Source: an uncultured cyanobacterium
GTDB taxonomy: Bacteria; Cyanobacteriota; Cyanobacteriia; Cyanobacteriales; Nostocaceae
Direction: 5' to 3'
NCBI GenBank assembly: GCA_963740315.1
Contig: CAVUDP010000001.1
Span: forward strand, 1,408,001 to 1,472,000
DNA: 64,000 bases
The stretch's first letter is position 1, and the number at the start of each line of letters is the position of its first letter. The position numbers and the translations under genes are program-made. Shown here piece after piece: positions 59,887-64,000 of this stretch. The notes under the pieces were generated by a model that was not told where the DNA came from, searched no databases, and was given only the letters and a program-made list of their open reading frames with translations.

Positions 59887-61413
59887 ATGACTGTTACGCT
59901 GACTAAATACCCCGCACCATTGTTGAATAAAATTGGCTCCTATGTTTGCCAAGCAGTTATTTATATTCAGCAACAGCAACCCGAACTATTGCTCGATAAG
60001 TACAGAAACATATCTTGGCGTGACAATAGCAATCAATCGCGTTTGAAAACAAGAATAATAGAAAAAATTAGTAATGTCGAAGATTGGGAATCCTTAGTTA
60101 AACGGGTAGAAGTGTTTATTAAGGCTTTGCTAATATCCAATTCAACAAACACACCTGTTTTAATCAAATTACAAGAGAAAATTCGTCAGCTCGATCCCAA
60201 TGTCTCAGATAACGATTCGAGCGATCGACAAAATCTAAACTCGACAAATCAAGAATCCAATATTAAAACCGTTGATGCGATCGGAAGCGATCGCCAATCC
60301 AATATTCAAACAACTTTAAACGATTCTGAAAAAACGAGTCAAGAATCTTTACCTCCACAAGCCCAATTAAAAACGAATACAAATCATCAAGATATAAATT
60401 CTATTGAAAATCAACAGCAGACGGGAATAACAGTATTACTTTTAGATGCAGAAAATATCCAAATTACCCTTGAAACAGAAAAGTTTTTAGCAACGGTTTG
60501 TAATAATCCCATTCAAATAAAAATTGCCTTTGCAAACTGGCAGAGTATGGGGAAAAAAGATATTGAATTTCATAATCGTGGTTACGATTTAATTCATGTT
60601 CCTCGCGGTAAAGATAATGCTGACGGAAAAATGATTGCTTTCGGTTCGACAATTTATGAGTATTACCCGAAAGTGAAGGAAGTTTTGGTTTGTTCGTCAG
60701 ATACAGTAATGACTAATTTGTGTAACCAACTTCACCAGAAAGGATTAACAGTATATCATGTTAGTCAACTTTCCAGCAATCTGACTATATTTAACGCTAA
60801 AACTAATGAAACCCAAAATCATACAATTTTACCTTCGATAGAACAACTCCTGTGCCAGATTAAAGATATAATTAAAGACCAATTTGCACAGACTTCAAAC
60901 CAATGGATAAAGCTCTCTATAATCTGTAAATTATTTAAAGAAAAGCATAGCTTTGGTATTAATAAAGTTGTATCTCATCACCTTCCCGGCAAAACTGTAA
61001 AAAATATTTTTGTCAATAAACCTGAGTTTGTCATTCATCAAATAGCCGAACATCCAGAAGTATACATTACTTTGTTCAAGTTGCCCGTTCAGGAAAACCT
61101 AGACGATCCAATATTGACATTTGAGAATAAATCGGTTTTGGAACAAGCACTAGTTGAAATAATCACTGACTTAGTAGGTAAAACGTCAAATAATTTTATT
61201 CCTATGCATGCTATATGCGAAAAATTTGATAAACAGTATGGTAAAGGAATTACCAAAATACTCAAAGAATTAAATATGAGTGGTAAATTTGTCAATTTTT
61301 TACAGTCGTGTAATTTTGTGGAATTGAAAAAAACAGATAATATATGGCAAGTAGCTTTAAAACCGTTACCAGTTACCAGTTACCAGTTACCAGTTGTCAG
61401 CGAAAACTTATAA
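59887..61413 (+). CDS. NYN (LabA/DUF88 PIN-like) domain protein with probable C-terminal OST-HTH/LOTUS domains
   Basis: LLLDAENI, GKDNADGKM and VCSSD motifs. The C-terminus runs through TTACCAG heptamer repeats. Confidence 0.8.
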   Translation: MTVTLTKYPAPLLNKIGSYVCQAVIYIQQQQPELLLDKYRNISWRDNSNQSRLKTRIIEKISNVEDWESLVKRVEVFIKALLISNSTNTPVLIKLQEKIRQLDPNVSDNDSSDRQNLNSTNQESNIKTVDAIGSDRQSNIQTTLNDSEKTSQESLPPQAQLKTNTNHQDINSIENQQQTGITVLLLDAENIQITLETEKFLATVCNNPIQIKIAFANWQSMGKKDIEFHNRGYDLIHVPRGKDNADGKMIAFGSTIYEYYPKVKEVLVCSSDTVMTNLCNQLHQKGLTVYHVSQLSSNLTIFNAKTNETQNHTILPSIEQLLCQIKDIIKDQFAQTSNQWIKLSIICKLFKEKHSFGINKVVSHHLPGKTVKNIFVNKPEFVIHQIAEHPEVYITLFKLPVQENLDDPILTFENKSVLEQALVEIITDLVGKTSNNFIPMHAICEKFDKQYGKGITKILKELNMSGKFVNFLQSCNFVELKKTDNIWQVALKPLPVTSYQLPVVSENL

Positions 61414-61609
61414 ACTTATAACTCCGGCGCTCCTAACTCTTAACTCCTAAATCTCCCTTTCCCCTCATCCCCTCATCCCCCCATCTGCTAATTTGAGAAA
61501 AATTTAACCGAAAAATCACTATCTACTGCTTAAGAGTGACTTGAAAATCCAGCAAAAAAGGCAAAAATGACAGACAGATAAGCTGTTACTGCCTGTTGCT
61601 TCAAATAAA

Positions 61610-62686
61610 ATGAGAATTGCTCGCGTACACTTTTACGTAGAAGATGCCATCACTTGGCGTGATTGGTTTGTACATCATCTTGGTTTTCAAAGATTAGATG
61701 ATTATGCTCTTAGCTCTAGCTTCCCCGGTAGAGGAGATACAGCTTCTCATACCCGCACGGAAGTAGTTAAAAGCGGTTCAGTTTGCTTTGTGCTGTCTTC
61801 AGCAATATCATCTATTAGTCCAGTGGCTAAATATCTACGCCAACATCCCCCCGGAGTTGTAGATGTCGCCTTTGAGGTAGAAAATTTGTCCGCGATCGTT
61901 GCCTTAGCAAAAGCTCATGGAACAAAGGTTATACAACCTACCGTACAATACCAAGAAGATCGAATTTACATCAAGCAGGCTAAAGTAATTGCTTGGGGAG
62001 GGCTTACCCATACTTTATTAGAAAAACAATTAACACAACCTGTAGAAAATTATTCCCCTCCTGAGTGCATTCAAACAATAGATCATATTGTGCTAAATGT
62101 CGCTGTGGGCGATTTAAAGGCTGCTGTTGCTTGGTACCAGAATATTCTCGGTTTTCAACCCCAGCAGAGATTTAACATTCAAACCGAATATTCTGCATTG
62201 CACTCTCAGGTGATGGTTTCTCAAGATGGGGGGGTACAATTGCCAATTAACGAACCTGCAACTCCTAATTCCCAAATTCAAGAATTTCTCAACGCTAACC
62301 AAGGAGCGGGAATTCAACATATCGCTTTACAAACCAGCGATATTATCAGCAATATAGCTCAATTCCGTAGCCGTGGGGTTTCCTTTCTCCCCATTTCTCC
62401 AAGCTACTACTCCCACTTACAACAGCGAACAAATTTACCTCTTAAACCAAATGAACTGCTTGAAGTCGCCAAACAAGAAATTCTAGTAGATTGGAAAGAA
62501 GATATTCCCAATGCCCTACTTTTACAAATTTTTACGCAGCCTATTTTCACTCAACCTACTTTTTTCTTTGAGTTTATCGAGCGTCGAGAATGCGCTCAAG
62601 GTTTCGGAGAAGGTAACTTTCGCGCTTTATTTGAAGCGATGGAAATTGAACAAATGAAACGCGGAAGTTTAAAAATAAAGGGTTAG
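61610..62686 (+). CDS. hppD: 4-hydroxyphenylpyruvate dioxygenase
   Basis: IDHIVLNV, PINEP, SQIQEFL, GIQHIAL, LLQIFT, FFEFIER and GFGEGNFRALFEA motifs. Confidence 0.95.
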   Translation: MRIARVHFYVEDAITWRDWFVHHLGFQRLDDYALSSSFPGRGDTASHTRTEVVKSGSVCFVLSSAISSISPVAKYLRQHPPGVVDVAFEVENLSAIVALAKAHGTKVIQPTVQYQEDRIYIKQAKVIAWGGLTHTLLEKQLTQPVENYSPPECIQTIDHIVLNVAVGDLKAAVAWYQNILGFQPQQRFNIQTEYSALHSQVMVSQDGGVQLPINEPATPNSQIQEFLNANQGAGIQHIALQTSDIISNIAQFRSRGVSFLPISPSYYSHLQQRTNLPLKPNELLEVAKQEILVDWKEDIPNALLLQIFTQPIFTQPTFFFEFIERRECAQGFGEGNFRALFEAMEIEQMKRGSLKIKG

Positions 62687-63065
62687 GGAATAAGGGAATC
62701 AAGGGGTAAAGGATGAAAGAAAAATAATAAATTGTCTATTTATTTTTGCCTTCATAACTCCTATTACCCATTCCTAACATTCAACTTATTAAATATTTAC
62801 GATCGCCAGATGATAATAAGTGCGGTAATCTATAAATATTTAGGCTATAGCGGTACAAGTTGATGCGGCATTAAATAGTCAGTAATTAAACGCAATAATC
62901 ATTGTATACTAAGTTTTTGAGCGTTTTTTGCTAAAGAATAAGCATTCCTTTGTACTCAAGAACCAATATTTATATATTTACAGAGGAAGTTATATAATCG
63001 TTTCCTACTCGCTATTTAAACGAAATGTTTAATTGAATGTTGGTACAAATACTTATTTATTCGCA

Positions 63066-63773
63066 ATGAAAAGAATAATTGTAGATTTTGATGGACCCAT
63101 TAGCGATGTTTCCGAACGCTATTATCAGGTGTATCTATTGTGTTTAGAAAAAAACCATCGTCACGATCAACAAGTACGGATACTTTCTAAAAACGAATTT
63201 TGGCAGTTAAAACGCTCGCGGATTCCAGAAAAACAAATAGGCATTATGTCCGGTTTAGAGGAAACACAAGCAGAACATTTTGCTTTATTACGAAAGCAAA
63301 CCGTGCATACGCAGCCTTATTTTGAGTATGACACCTTAGCTGTAGGCGCTGTAGACGCTTTATTAAAAGTTAAACAAGCCGGAATTGATTTAGCGGTAAT
63401 GACTATGCGCCGAGTGCGAGAATTAGAATACGCTTTAAAAAAATTTGATTTATACCAGTTTTTTCCCGAAAACCGTCGTTACTGCCTTAGTAATGATTAC
63501 GTAAAAACCCGCGATATCGATGATAAACCGCTACTTATGGAACGCGCATTAAAAGAACTGTCCCCCGCAGAAGATAATTGGATGGTTGGGGATACTGAAG
63601 CGGATATAAATGCTGCCAAAAAACATGGTGTAAAGTCGATAGCTGTGGAATGTGGCATTCGCGATCGCGCTCAACTCGAAGCATATCAACCAGATTTTTA
63701 TGTTAAAGATTTAACAGCAGCAGTTAATTTTATACTTGAAGGTTCGGCGCGATCGAGAAGTATAAAAAACTAA
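63066..63773 (+). CDS. HAD-superfamily hydrolase (phosphoglycolate-phosphatase-like)
   Basis: DFDGPI, MTMR, KP and MVGDTEAD motifs; ATG at 63066. Confidence 0.9.
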   Translation: MKRIIVDFDGPISDVSERYYQVYLLCLEKNHRHDQQVRILSKNEFWQLKRSRIPEKQIGIMSGLEETQAEHFALLRKQTVHTQPYFEYDTLAVGAVDALLKVKQAGIDLAVMTMRRVRELEYALKKFDLYQFFPENRRYCLSNDYVKTRDIDDKPLLMERALKELSPAEDNWMVGDTEADINAAKKHGVKSIAVECGIRDRAQLEAYQPDFYVKDLTAAVNFILEGSARSRSIKN

Positions 63774-63869
63774 TAATTGAAAATAATAATTTAAAAATGG
63801 GTTTAAGGGAATTTATGGTTATTAATTAAATCATAACTAATGATTCCCCCAACCCTATTCCAATTAAAC

Positions 63870-64000
63870 TTACTTAAGAAAACTACAGATAAGCCACAAT
63901 AAGACAAAAGTAATCGTCGTAGCAAACTGATTAGTTGTAAAATCACCCAATTGTAATTGTTCTACAAGTGGACTAGCAATTAGTCCTCCAATTAGTAAAC
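63870..64000 (-). CDS. 3' end of CPP1-like (DUF3353) membrane protein, partial
   Basis: Hand translation ...LLIGGLIASPLVEQLQLGDFTTNQFATTITFVLLWLICSFLK*. Confidence 0.55.
   Translation of the reverse strand, partial: LLIGGLIASPLVEQLQLGDFTTNQFATTITFVLLWLICSFLK

Overview
AT-rich DNA from a filamentous cyanobacterium: HIP1 GCGATCGC is frequent and there are heptamer STRR and REP/MITE-type repeats, consistent with a Nostocales-like genome such as Rivularia/Calothrix (inference). The left edge is the start of an EPS locus (wzc-like gene, GT2) and the right edge is housekeeping (NYN protein, hppD, HAD hydrolase, CPP1-like). Between them (~3.2-58.3 kb) lies a ~55 kb island of co-oriented, very acidic, large multidomain proteins with no N-terminal signal peptide. 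These comprise an extracellular nuclease/5'-nucleotidase, an atypical alkaline-phosphatase propeller, two PhoA enzymes, GDPD, phytase, GDSL lipase, nucleoside hydrolase, a serine protease, an Ig-repeat stalk protein and a vWA protein. Nearly all end in one of two apparently interchangeable tails, an RTX tail or a DUF4114-like tail (FEDLxNGGDxDFND). A PPIase-HlyB-HlyD type I secretion operon sits inside the island, and most enzyme genes have SphR/Pho-box-like 11-bp periodic repeats upstream. Best hypothesis: a Pho-regulated, T1SS-exported, matrix-retained system for scavenging organic phosphorus, built by tail swapping and domain insertion. Orphan tail relics, two frameshifted giant genes, a decayed tandem duplication and nested MITEs record ongoing remodelling. 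All domain calls come from motif recognition by eye, not from database searches.
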